From a bacterium (GTDB taxonomy: Bacteria > Hinthialibacterota > Hinthialibacteria > Hinthialibacterales > JAKPRU01), in contig DAOMHQ010000003.1 of assembly GCA_035430965.1 (NCBI GenBank), positions 1 through 56,957 of the forward strand: 56,957 nt of DNA, in the 5' to 3' direction. A program made the position numbers and the translations under genes. Positions 8,896 to 17,340 of this stretch are shown here, piece by piece. Position 1 is the stretch's first letter; every line of letters starts with the position of its first letter. The notes below the pieces were generated by a model. It had not been told where the DNA came from. It saw nothing but the letters and a program-made list of their open reading frames with translations, and made no database searches.

Positions 8896-9393
8896 CTACG
8901 CGCGACGTCGCTCCAGGCAGCGTTGAATCAACCGCTGACAGATTTGAGGCGGTACAAAGCGGCTGACATCGCCGCCCAGATAGGCCACCTCTTTTACCAG
9001 CGAAGCCCGCAAGTAGGTATATTCCAAACTGGGAAGCATGAAGATCGTTTCCAGACCGTCATCCAATTCCCGGTTGGTTAGACTCATTTGAAACTCGTAC
9101 TCAAAATCCGACACGGCCCTCAGGCCGCGCAGGACCACCGCACCCGGATACCGGTGCATATAATCCACCAACAGCCCTGCAAACGATTCCACCGTTACCT
9201 CTTTCAGGTGCGCGGTGGCCTCTTTCAGCATTTCGACCCGTTCCTCCAGAGAGAACAGCGGGTCTTTGCTCGGATTGGCCACCGCCGCAATCACCAATCG
9301 GTCAAAGACCTTCAATCCTCGTGCCACCAGATCCAGATGGCCGTATGTGACCGGATCGAAGCTGCCCGGATATATGGCGATACCCTTGTTCAC
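8896..9393 (-). CDS. coaD: Phosphopantetheine adenylyltransferase
   Basis: IAIYPGSFDPVTYGHLDLV is the nucleotidyltransferase HxGH motif. The GTG start overlaps the rsmD stop (GTGA). Confidence 0.93.
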   Translation of the reverse strand: MNKGIAIYPGSFDPVTYGHLDLVARGLKVFDRLVIAAVANPSKDPLFSLEERVEMLKEATAHLKEVTVESFAGLLVDYMHRYPGAVVLRGLRAVSDFEYEFQMSLTNRELDDGLETIFMLPSLEYTYLRASLVKEVAYLGGDVSRFVPPQICQRLIQRCLERRRA

Positions 9394-9926
9394 AATTTCC
9401 TCAGAAACGTAATCGAGGTTTGTCCATACGAACGATGGTCCAAGACCTCCAACCCGAACGGTTCTACCGAGATCGGTTCTTTCCCGGCATGTTCGAGAAT
9501 CACCAGCCCGCCTTCCTCAAAAATGTCCCGTTTGGCAAGTCGGGCCACAATATTTTCTGCCAGACTATATGGCGGATCGATGAAAACGATGTTCCACGGT
9601 TCCGTCGGTTTGGACAGGCGAGTCACATCCGCTGTCCAAACCTCCACCTGGTCGCGGCCAAGCCCCAGAATCTCGATATTCTTTCGCAGAAGCGCTACAG
9701 CCCCCCGCGATTTCTCGACAAAGCTCGTATGCCAGGCCCCTCGACTGAGCGCCTCAAATCCGACACTACCGGTTCCGGCACACAAATCCGCGAACCGCGC
9801 TCCGACAACCAGATCGCCCAGAATGGCGAACAGGGATTCGCGGACCCGGTCACTGGTGGGCCGGATCTGCTGACTTTTGGGCCCGAGTAATTTCCGGCCC
9901 CCGAATGTGCCTGCAATCACCCGCAT
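9390..9926 (-). CDS. rsmD: 16S rRNA (guanine966-N2)-methyltransferase
   Basis: MRVIAGTFGGRKL...IRPTSDRVRESLF...DLCAGTGSVGFEALSRG...FIDPPY is the RsmD family signature, and the gene shows the common pairing with coaD. Confidence 0.88.
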   Translation of the reverse strand: MRVIAGTFGGRKLLGPKSQQIRPTSDRVRESLFAILGDLVVGARFADLCAGTGSVGFEALSRGAWHTSFVEKSRGAVALLRKNIEILGLGRDQVEVWTADVTRLSKPTEPWNIVFIDPPYSLAENIVARLAKRDIFEEGGLVILEHAGKEPISVEPFGLEVLDHRSYGQTSITFLRKL

Positions 9927-10074
9927 GGTCTCAAACTCCGGTTTATGGCAGGCGCAGCTTTTTATGATAGCAGAATCTTCAAGCCAAATCCCGCCTTCCC
10001 GGCCTGTCTATTTGAGAGAACTTCTAAGAAAGCTCGCCTGCAACCGTCACACCGGGGAGTCTTGTGCTATCCGG

Positions 10075-10139
10075 TCAACCCCCACCTGACCTCCCCCGAT
10101 CTTCGGGGGAGGAACCTCTCCCCCAAAGTTTGGGGGAGA
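10075..10139. repeat. GC-rich palindromic intergenic repeat, family A (two hairpins)
   Basis: TCAACCCCCACCTGACCTCCCCCGATCTTCGGGGGAGG is followed by TCTCCCCCAAAGTTTGGGGGAGA. It is related to the copies at 14041-14078 and 33224-33262 and lies between aroF and rsmD. Confidence 0.6.
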
Positions 10140-10264
10140 CACAGAGGGGGTTGTGCGTATCTTCACTCCTTCGCCCATCGCGCGAGACACGATGCTTTCT
10201 TGATCCCAATCACCGGCCCCGCCGGAGTCACGCTCGGAAGAGCGCCTTCTGCCGCCGATTCGGT

Positions 10265-11332
10265 TCAGTCTTTCCAACAGGGCGGTTTTCCGACACAACT
10301 GGCTACAGCGGCCACGGCGTCCATGAGCTCGCCGAATTTCTTTGGTTTGAGAGACTGTTGTCCATCGGAAAATGCCTTGGCCGGCTCCGGGTGGATCTCG
10401 ATAATCAATCCGTCCGCCCCGGCTGCCACCGCTGCCATGCTCATTGGTTTCACGAGTTCCCACCGGCCGGTTCCGTGGCTGGGATCGACAATGATCGGCA
10501 GGTGGGTTGCCGCGCGGAGTGTCGGGACCGCGTTCAAATCCAGTGTATTCCGATACGCCGTTTCAAAGGTTCGAATTCCACGCTCGCAGAGAATCACGTT
10601 CGGATTCCCGCACGACACCACGTATTCCGCCGACATGAGCAATTCATCAATGGTTGAGGACATGCCCCGTTTGAGAAGAATCGGTCTGTCCGTATCGCCG
10701 AGGTTTCTCAGAAGCATGAAGTTCTGCATGTTCCGTGCGCCGATTTGGATGATATCCGTGTATTTACTCACCAGATCCAGGTTATGGATATCCATCAGCT
10801 CGGTCACCACACCAAGACCGTATTCTTCGCGGGCTTCGGCCAGGATTTTCAGGCCGTCTTCTGCAAGGCCCTGGAAGCTGTATGGGGAGGTGCGGGGTTT
10901 AAATGCGCCGCCACGCAGGAACGTCGCGCCGTATTTCTTGGCTTCCCGGGCACAAGTCATGACCTGTTCCAGCGATTCCACCGAGCAGGGTCCCGCGATC
11001 ACCGAAAGTCTGCCGTCTCCAATCGCCCGTTCCGTAACCCTCTCCTTGTGCCGGACACGGATTTTGACCACGGTCGGTTCCCGCTCCAGGCCGGGACTGA
11101 TCTCCCGGCACACCAGTTTGTACGGGGGCAGAATATACTCCACCTTGCCGACACCCGGCTGGCTGCCCAAACGCTCGAATACGCCACTCTTGCCCCGCTC
11201 GTCTCCCACAGCGGCCAATACGGTCAGATTGGAACCGAAAATCGGGTGCGCCTTGTATCCGCATTCCTCGATCAGCGCAATGACCTGGTCGATCTGCTCC
11301 CTGGAAGCACCCGCCTTCATTGTGACAATCAC
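10265..11332 (-). CDS. aroF: 3-deoxy-7-phosphoheptulonate (DAHP) synthase, type I-beta with N-terminal regulatory domain
   Basis: An N-terminal ferredoxin/ACT-like domain ([33 protein letters not shown]) precedes a KDO8PS/DAHPS TIM barrel ([24 protein letters not shown]). The 355-aa length and extra domain favour DAHPS over KdsA. The start codon is GTG. Confidence 0.85.
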   Translation of the reverse strand: MIVTMKAGASREQIDQVIALIEECGYKAHPIFGSNLTVLAAVGDERGKSGVFERLGSQPGVGKVEYILPPYKLVCREISPGLEREPTVVKIRVRHKERVTERAIGDGRLSVIAGPCSVESLEQVMTCAREAKKYGATFLRGGAFKPRTSPYSFQGLAEDGLKILAEAREEYGLGVVTELMDIHNLDLVSKYTDIIQIGARNMQNFMLLRNLGDTDRPILLKRGMSSTIDELLMSAEYVVSCGNPNVILCERGIRTFETAYRNTLDLNAVPTLRAATHLPIIVDPSHGTGRWELVKPMSMAAVAAGADGLIIEIHPEPAKAFSDGQQSLKPKKFGELMDAVAAVASCVGKPPCWKD

Positions 11333-11532
11333 GGCTGTATACCTCTGGCCCGGCGAAATTCAAAGATGATTCTGAGTTGATCTGTAAACTTTTATTTATA
11401 TCGCCTTTATGCCCGGAAGAGAACGGAGAACCGGGAAAATGAGGTTATGCACAATAGGTTCGTCATTCGCATGGCGTTCTTCCAGTCGGATCTGCTACAC
11501 TGTTATGGTGCAGAGTTGGAGGGACAACAGCC

Positions 11533-12576
11533 GTGGAATCCAAGTCACCGTGTGCAACCATCATCATTCCCGTGTACCGGGATGCGGAGTCGGTCTTGCG
11601 ATGCCTGGATGCTATTCTGCATCAAGAAACGGATCGATGCCTGGAAACAATTGTGGTGGATGACGGATCGAAGGACGACACCGTCTCAATCATCGAGAAT
11701 TGGATTGCGGACCACGCAACCCCGGACAGGATCGTTCGCACTCTGGCTCAGGATCACGCCGGACCCGCCGTCGCGCGAAACCGGGGGGCAAAAGAGGCAA
11801 CCGGCCCGATTCTTCTGTTCACGGATGCCGATTGCGAGCCTCACGCGGACTGGGTGGAAAGAATGTTGGCGCCGTTTGAAGATCCCGCCGTGCAGGGTGT
11901 CAAAGGAGCCTACGAAACCCGTCAGACAAGCTGGGTAGCGCGTCTTGTTCAGGTGGAATACGAAGAAAAATATATCCGTATGGCGCAGTTCGATTCTATC
12001 GACTTCATCGACACCTATTCGGCGGGATTCCGACGGGATGTCTTCCTGAGCCTGGGCGGATTCGATGAAGGATTTCCGACGGCCTCCGTTGAAGACCAGG
12101 AGTTTTCATTTCGGTTGGCTGAACATGGATACCGGATGGTTTTCGTTCCCGATGCGCGGGTAGTTCATCGACACGCAGAGACGCTATCTCACTATATTCG
12201 CAAGAAATTCCGTATTGCCTATTACAAGTCGTATCTGTTGGTGCGCCACCCGGGCCGTGTGAAAGGCGATACACATACACCTCCGACACTCATCGCGCAA
12301 ATTCCCCTGACCTATGGACTTCTGGGATTCCTGGTGGCAATACCGTTCTGGTCACCATCCTGGTGGTTCTGTATCCTCTTTGCAGCAGCCAATCTTGCAT
12401 GTATGTCGGGCACATTGCGACTGTGCCGAGACCGTGCGTCGGACCTTACGGCACGGGTTCCCCTCCTGTTGGCGGCAAGATCATTGGCCTTGGGTGCGGG
12501 ACTGATCTCAGGCACAATTCGTTTTCGAATGGGAAAAACGGGGGCCGCCCCCGATAGATCCACCGAGGAATCATGA
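11533..12576 (+). CDS. Glycosyltransferase family 2 with C-terminal membrane domain
   Basis: The GT-A pattern is IIIPVYRDAESVLRCLDAILHQ...IVVDDGSKDDT...FTDADC, followed by C-terminal TM segments. The start codon is GTG. Confidence 0.85.
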   Translation: MESKSPCATIIIPVYRDAESVLRCLDAILHQETDRCLETIVVDDGSKDDTVSIIENWIADHATPDRIVRTLAQDHAGPAVARNRGAKEATGPILLFTDADCEPHADWVERMLAPFEDPAVQGVKGAYETRQTSWVARLVQVEYEEKYIRMAQFDSIDFIDTYSAGFRRDVFLSLGGFDEGFPTASVEDQEFSFRLAEHGYRMVFVPDARVVHRHAETLSHYIRKKFRIAYYKSYLLVRHPGRVKGDTHTPPTLIAQIPLTYGLLGFLVAIPFWSPSWWFCILFAAANLACMSGTLRLCRDRASDLTARVPLLLAARSLALGAGLISGTIRFRMGKTGAAPDRSTEES

Positions 12577-13955
12577 TCCGCACCGACCGTATCCTGCTGT
12601 ACCTGGACGCTATTCTGTTGTCAATTTGCTTTATCGGCTCGTACATCATTCGATTCTGGTCCGGGTATTTCAGCACCCATTACGGGACCCCTTACGAACA
12701 CTATTTGATCGCGCAGTGCGTTCTCTCTCTGCTGTATTTGAGCAGCCTGTGGTTCTTCGGCGGATACGAGACTCGTCGCCCCCCAAGCCTGGGGGGACAG
12801 ATGGATCTTACGCTTCGGGCGGTGGCGCTGGCCTCGCTGACTTTCCTCTCGCTGGTGTTCTGGTATCGGTTCTTTTCGTTCTCCCGGATGGTGATGCTGA
12901 TGAACGGGATATCCCTGGTATTGGTATCTTCCGTCTGCCGATGGGCGGTTCTGAAGGGAGCGGCGTATTTCCGCAAAAAGGGATACGACCTGGCCAATGC
13001 CCTGCTCATTTTCTCCGAGCAGTCGGATCGACGGATTCACGAGGTCCTGGGGAACCATCCGGAGTACGGATATTCTCTGCGCCGCGCAACATCGCTGAAA
13101 GAAATCAGGAATGATGCCCGTGCATCGGGACCGGCGCTATATCCCATTTTCGAGAAACACGATATTGACGATCTGTTTCTGGATCTGGGACCGAAAGAGG
13201 GACCGGAGGCAGCGGAGTTCATCGAGCAATGCCAGCAGGAACCCGTTCGCCTTCATTTTACGCATCGCCTGTATCGGGAAATCCGCCCCCATCCCCGCTG
13301 GCGTGTCGTGGACAACGGGGAATGGTATACGCTGGAGCGCACCGCTTGGGATCGCCTGTCTCAGGCGTTGAAGCGCGCCATGGATGTGGTGATTTCAACA
13401 GTCGTCTTGATTCTGTTCTCGCCTGTGATGGCCCTGATCGCGCTGGGGATTCGCCTGTCGGGTCGAGGTCCCATCATCTTTCGACAGGAGCGCGCCGGTC
13501 TGAACGGAAGGCCGTTTACCATTTACAAGTTTCGGTCCATGGTGGAAGAAGCCGAACAGCAATTGGATCAGGTTGTGGATGTGGAAAGCCTGTCGCAGCC
13601 TGTGTTTAAGCTGGAACACGATCCGCGTGTAACGCCCCTGGGACGGTGGCTGCGTCGGTTCAGCCTGGATGAATTGCCGCAATTCTGGAATGTTCTGCGC
13701 GGCGAGATGAGTGTCGTCGGCCCCCGCCCGGAAGAACTTTGGATGGTGGATCGGTACGATGAAGCAACGCGCGCGCGACTGCGGATCAAGCCGGGGATCA
13801 CCGGCTACCAGCAGATCCGCTGTCGCGGCACGGAAGACATGCTCGTGCGATTGAACCACGATCTGTATTACATCGACCACCAATCTCTCTTTTTCGATGT
13901 CTATATCATTCTTCAGACGTTGTGGGTGGTCATTACGGGGATGGGGCGAATCTGA
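12573..13955 (+). CDS. Polyprenyl glycosylphosphotransferase (bacterial sugar transferase, WcaJ/EpsB-like)
   Basis: An N-terminal multi-TM region is followed by the C-terminal Bac_transf domain (KRAMDVVISTVVLILFSPVMALIALGIRL...IIFRQERAGLNGRPFTIYKFRSM...DELPQFWNVLRGEMSVVGPRP). The ATGA overlaps the upstream GT2. Confidence 0.88.
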   Translation: MIRTDRILLYLDAILLSICFIGSYIIRFWSGYFSTHYGTPYEHYLIAQCVLSLLYLSSLWFFGGYETRRPPSLGGQMDLTLRAVALASLTFLSLVFWYRFFSFSRMVMLMNGISLVLVSSVCRWAVLKGAAYFRKKGYDLANALLIFSEQSDRRIHEVLGNHPEYGYSLRRATSLKEIRNDARASGPALYPIFEKHDIDDLFLDLGPKEGPEAAEFIEQCQQEPVRLHFTHRLYREIRPHPRWRVVDNGEWYTLERTAWDRLSQALKRAMDVVISTVVLILFSPVMALIALGIRLSGRGPIIFRQERAGLNGRPFTIYKFRSMVEEAEQQLDQVVDVESLSQPVFKLEHDPRVTPLGRWLRRFSLDELPQFWNVLRGEMSVVGPRPEELWMVDRYDEATRARLRIKPGITGYQQIRCRGTEDMLVRLNHDLYYIDHQSLFFDVYIILQTLWVVITGMGRI

Positions 13956-14000
13956 TGAGACGGTTTCGAGGTCATTGGGGCTTCCGTGGACACATCGGCA

Positions 14001-14078
14001 ATTCCCTCACCCCGACCGAGGGGGAGGAATGCGCCGAATGGATCAACCCCACCCTACCCTCCCCAATCTTGGGGAGGG
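14001..14078. repeat. GC-rich palindromic intergenic repeat, family A (bipartite)
   Basis: CCCTCACCCCGACCGAGGGGGAGG is followed by GATCAACCCCACCCTACCCTCCCCAATCTTGGGGAGGG, which has a perfect 9-bp stem at 14057-14078. The same bipartite arrangement occurs at 33141-33262. Confidence 0.65.
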
Positions 14079-14115
14079 AAAAAGAGCATTTTGCCGCTGT
14101 CCGAGGCGATTTCTG

Positions 14116-15192
14116 ATGTCCTTCCGACCGCTGCGATACGACCTGACAAGGCCGCCGGAACGCATTCTCATTATCCGCATGTCGCACATCGGGGATATCA
14201 TTCACACCATCCCGATGCTGACGGCATTGCGAGACGCATTCCCAGCGGCGCATATCGGATGGCTTGTGGAGGACTATCTCGCCCCAATGTTGTATGGCCT
14301 GAGAAGCCTGGATGAAGTAGTCGTCATGCCGCGTAGACAACTCCGGCAGACACGCTCCGTTGCAGAACGCATTCGGTTGCTGGGCAGTCTGTTGAGACGT
14401 CTGCGGTCCAGGCGGTACCAGGTGGCGTTTGATGTGCATGGACTGACCAAGAGCGCCGCATGGAGTTACCTGGCAGGAATTCCCATTCGAATCGGATATG
14501 ATGGAAAAGAAGGTGGGGAAATCAGCCGTTGGCTCAACAACACGCTGGTTCTTCCCGCAGAGGACAAACGTCACATCATCGACCGCGACCTTTCCCTCCT
14601 CAAGCCACTGGGGATCGAAAATCCTGAAGTCCGATTCGAGATGACAGTTGATTGGAAAGCAGGGGAACGAATGGAACAATGGCTGGGATCGTTTGCCGGG
14701 GGAGTACCCCCGATTGTTGTCTCACCGGGCGCTGGATGGCCTACGAAATGCTGGGCACCGGAACGGTTCGGCGAGGCGGCGGGCATCCTGGCAGAGAAGA
14801 CAAAACGGCCCGCTGTTGTCCTGTGGGGTCCGGGTGAGGAATCGCTGCGGGACACGGTACGCGCATCGTCAATGTCCGGCAGGGTTGTTCCCGCGCCAAA
14901 GACGGATATTCTGGAGATGATCGAGCTGATCCGGCGCAGCGGCCTGGTGATCACAAACGATACGGGGCCGCTGCATATCGCGGTGGCATTAGGCATCCCC
15001 AGCGTTTCCTTTTTCGGGCCGTCGGATGCGTACCGAAACGGTCCTTACGGCGAAGGGCATCGGGTGGTACAAGCGAATGTTCCCTGCCTTGGTTGCTGGA
15101 AGAAAAGTTGCCCGGCCCCGGACAGACACTGTTGTATGACTCTGGTAAGAACCGAGGATGTCGTGCGCGCATCGCTCGAACTACTATCATAA
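14116..15192 (+). CDS. Glycosyltransferase family 9 (heptosyltransferase-like)
   Basis: RILIIRMSHIGDIIHTIPMLTALR...GAGWPTKCW...TNDTGPLHIAVALGIP is the GT9 signature. I chose the ATG at 14116 because the ORF-track start at 13897 reads through the repeat element. Confidence 0.85.
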   Translation: MSFRPLRYDLTRPPERILIIRMSHIGDIIHTIPMLTALRDAFPAAHIGWLVEDYLAPMLYGLRSLDEVVVMPRRQLRQTRSVAERIRLLGSLLRRLRSRRYQVAFDVHGLTKSAAWSYLAGIPIRIGYDGKEGGEISRWLNNTLVLPAEDKRHIIDRDLSLLKPLGIENPEVRFEMTVDWKAGERMEQWLGSFAGGVPPIVVSPGAGWPTKCWAPERFGEAAGILAEKTKRPAVVLWGPGEESLRDTVRASSMSGRVVPAPKTDILEMIELIRRSGLVITNDTGPLHIAVALGIPSVSFFGPSDAYRNGPYGEGHRVVQANVPCLGCWKKSCPAPDRHCCMTLVRTEDVVRASLELLS

Positions 15193-15245
15193 CCGAGACG
15201 CTTCATGATCCGTTTGTTGACCGAACAAACATCCAAGAGGAGTAA

Positions 15246-16079
15246 ATGTCCGACCAGTCTTTATCGAAATCATTGATCGTGGGATTCCTGTGCGCAACCC
15301 TGGCCGTCCTGCTTGGGACAGTCTGGAGAATCGGCACAGTAGCGGAGAGGTTGTGGACAGACCAAGTCGCTGAAGGGACAGGCCAACTGGCGATATCCGT
15401 TCAGCTTCAGAAAGACCTTGTCGCGGAAGACTATGATCGCATAACACAGGAAATCGCGGGAATTGCGGAAGTCCGATCCGCCACCTGGAGCCGATTCATC
15501 CCTCCATGGACCGGACCGGCCGAGGCAGCGGCGGAATGGGAATCGCTCTGGAATGCCCGTGTCCCGGCGAAATGCTCGGTTTTTCTGGATACGAATACTC
15601 CGCAGATTCCCTCCCTGCCGAAGATATCGGACCAGATTCGGTCCGTTAGTGGAGTAGCGGAAGTCGAACCGCCCGAAAAGGACTGGCAGAGACTGCGCAC
15701 GCTCCAGGACCAGGCCGAAAGCGGAGGCTGGATGGCGCGCATCGCGGGGCTGGGGGGCGGAGCGGTGCTGCTGGCGTTGGTCTTGTTTCTCATGACGAAT
15801 CAGGGGACCTGGCATCAGCGGGTCTCCCCACAGAATGTCCGGTTGATCGTCACATTGATCGGGGGGATCTGGGGCGGACTGCTTGCCCTCCTTGTGACTC
15901 CGTTGATGGTTCCGACGGGTCCGGAGGGAAAGTTGAGTTCCCCTGTGATCCTGGCTTGCATCATCGGGATCATCATACCCAACCTGCTGCTTCCGAAAGG
16001 GACCGCGACCCAGGAGCCTTCCGGTGTGGAGAAACACCCGGATGGCCACCGGAAGTTCAAGAAAGGATTGCGGCACTGA
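15246..16079 (+). CDS. FtsX-like permease-fold membrane protein (divergent)
   Basis: The topology matches FtsX: one TM, a roughly 150-aa periplasmic loop with two ISV/AEV-type lobes, then three C-terminal TMs. It also sits immediately upstream of an EnvC-like protein, with a 1-nt TGATG overlap. Sequence similarity was judged by eye only. Confidence 0.5.
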   Translation: MSDQSLSKSLIVGFLCATLAVLLGTVWRIGTVAERLWTDQVAEGTGQLAISVQLQKDLVAEDYDRITQEIAGIAEVRSATWSRFIPPWTGPAEAAAEWESLWNARVPAKCSVFLDTNTPQIPSLPKISDQIRSVSGVAEVEPPEKDWQRLRTLQDQAESGGWMARIAGLGGGAVLLALVLFLMTNQGTWHQRVSPQNVRLIVTLIGGIWGGLLALLVTPLMVPTGPEGKLSSPVILACIIGIIIPNLLLPKGTATQEPSGVEKHPDGHRKFKKGLRH

Positions 16080-17293
16080 TGCGGGGGAGATTCCTATTCC
16101 ATGAATTGAAGCACGTTGCATCCCGCGCATTGATCTTCATTCCGGTCTTCCACCTGGTTCTCTTCATGTTCGGCCCACACACGGCTACGGGTGCGCCGGA
16201 ACCGGCGCGGCAGGCATCTCAGCTTCGCGAAACAATACAAAAACGTCAGAAAGAAATGAATCAGCTCCGCGGACGTCGCGAAGAACTGGAGCGAACGGCC
16301 GCCTTGCATAACCAGAAATTGGAACAGTTCGACAAACAGTTTCGGAATTACTTGGCCAACCTGGAAAACTCGGAACAGCGTGCCGAAACGGTTGAGACAG
16401 AACTATTGGACCTGCTGGACCGTGCGGGAAAAAGGGACACCCTGATCGACGCCGCCTGTCAGGTCGCGACACAGACAAACAACGCGGATTCAGCGATTCT
16501 CTACGAGAATGCGGTGGCTCTTGTGACCGAGTTGTTTCAGCAGGAACTCTCGGAACGTCCCCGCCGCGAGAAACTGACGGGAAAACTGGACGAGGAACAA
16601 GCCTACCAGAAGCGGATCCGCGAGCATTACATGGTGAATGAAGAGGCTCTGAAGGAACAAACGCAGAAACAGCTCGAAACCGCCGAGAATCGGGCGAAGA
16701 CCAACCTGAAAACCGAACAGAAATTGGCGGCGGAACTGAAAAAAATGCAGGCACAGTTGAACGCCCTGGACGAGGAGCTGGCCCGCTTGCGCCGCGCCGC
16801 TCTCAAACCGAAACCCGCTCAACCGAAACCCGGTACGACCAAGATCACGAAGCCGGAAACCACTCAAGCACCGTTTCAACCGGGAACCGCGTTTGTAAAA
16901 TTGAGAGGGAAATTGCCATGGCCCGCACAGGGCAAGGTGGTGCGCGGTTACGGACCCTTTACCCACCCCACCCTCAACGTCAGACTGATCAGTAAAGGGG
17001 TTGATGTGACTACAAAAGAGGGAGCCGCTATAAAAGCGGTTGCAGATGGGCGAGTGCTTTATATCGGCCAACTGGAGGGTTACGGTGCGCTGGTCGCACT
17101 GGACCACGGGGACGGATACCTGACGGTTTATGGGAATGTGGAGGCGGGGTCCCTGAAAGCCGGGTCGGATGTGGGCGCAGGTGCTCCAATTGGTGTTGTC
17201 GGACAAAAGAACCGGGACGAAGGTCCGGTTTATCATTTTGAAATCCGTAGAGGCGATCAGGCGTTGGATCCGGGCGAATGGCTCGCCCGTTAG
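16079..17293 (+). CDS. Murein hydrolase activator-like protein (coiled coil + degenerate LytM/M23 domain, EnvC-like)
   Basis: It has a signal/anchor segment, a long coiled coil (QLRETIQKRQKEMNQLRGRREELE...) and a C-terminal M23 fold. The metal ligands look degenerate: SKGVDV replaces HxGxD, and PVYHFE replaces PHLHFE. Confidence 0.75.
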   Translation: MRGRFLFHELKHVASRALIFIPVFHLVLFMFGPHTATGAPEPARQASQLRETIQKRQKEMNQLRGRREELERTAALHNQKLEQFDKQFRNYLANLENSEQRAETVETELLDLLDRAGKRDTLIDAACQVATQTNNADSAILYENAVALVTELFQQELSERPRREKLTGKLDEEQAYQKRIREHYMVNEEALKEQTQKQLETAENRAKTNLKTEQKLAAELKKMQAQLNALDEELARLRRAALKPKPAQPKPGTTKITKPETTQAPFQPGTAFVKLRGKLPWPAQGKVVRGYGPFTHPTLNVRLISKGVDVTTKEGAAIKAVADGRVLYIGQLEGYGALVALDHGDGYLTVYGNVEAGSLKAGSDVGAGAPIGVVGQKNRDEGPVYHFEIRRGDQALDPGEWLAR

Positions 17294-17340
17294 ATCTCTT
17301 TCGCTCTCTATGGGAATCGAAGTCAGGAGGATTCGAGTTC

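Noticed and set aside
10265-11332. An alternative call of this TIM-barrel gene as KDO-8-phosphate synthase (kdsA), given the LPS-type genes in the window.
   Set aside because: The extra N-terminal ferredoxin/ACT-like domain of about 70 aa and the 355-aa length match Thermotoga-type DAHP synthases. KdsA lacks this domain.
9945-11369. A 474-aa plus-strand ORF covering the DAHP synthase gene and the upstream repeat region.
   Set aside because: The minus-strand frame is a full-length type I-beta DAHP synthase. The plus-strand product is S/R/P-rich with no motifs and reads through the family A repeat.
13897-14115. N-terminal extensions offered by the ORF track for GT9 (13897). Similar extensions are offered for ispH (33561), the TlpA-like gene (to 22192), fabF (to 4417), fabG (to 5651), ruvC (21888), jag (30059) and the EnvC-like gene (15956).
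   Set aside because: The extensions read through palindromic repeats or neighbouring genes and lack family similarity. Internal starts have better RBS or overlap geometry (ATGA/TGATG junctions) and match family N-termini.
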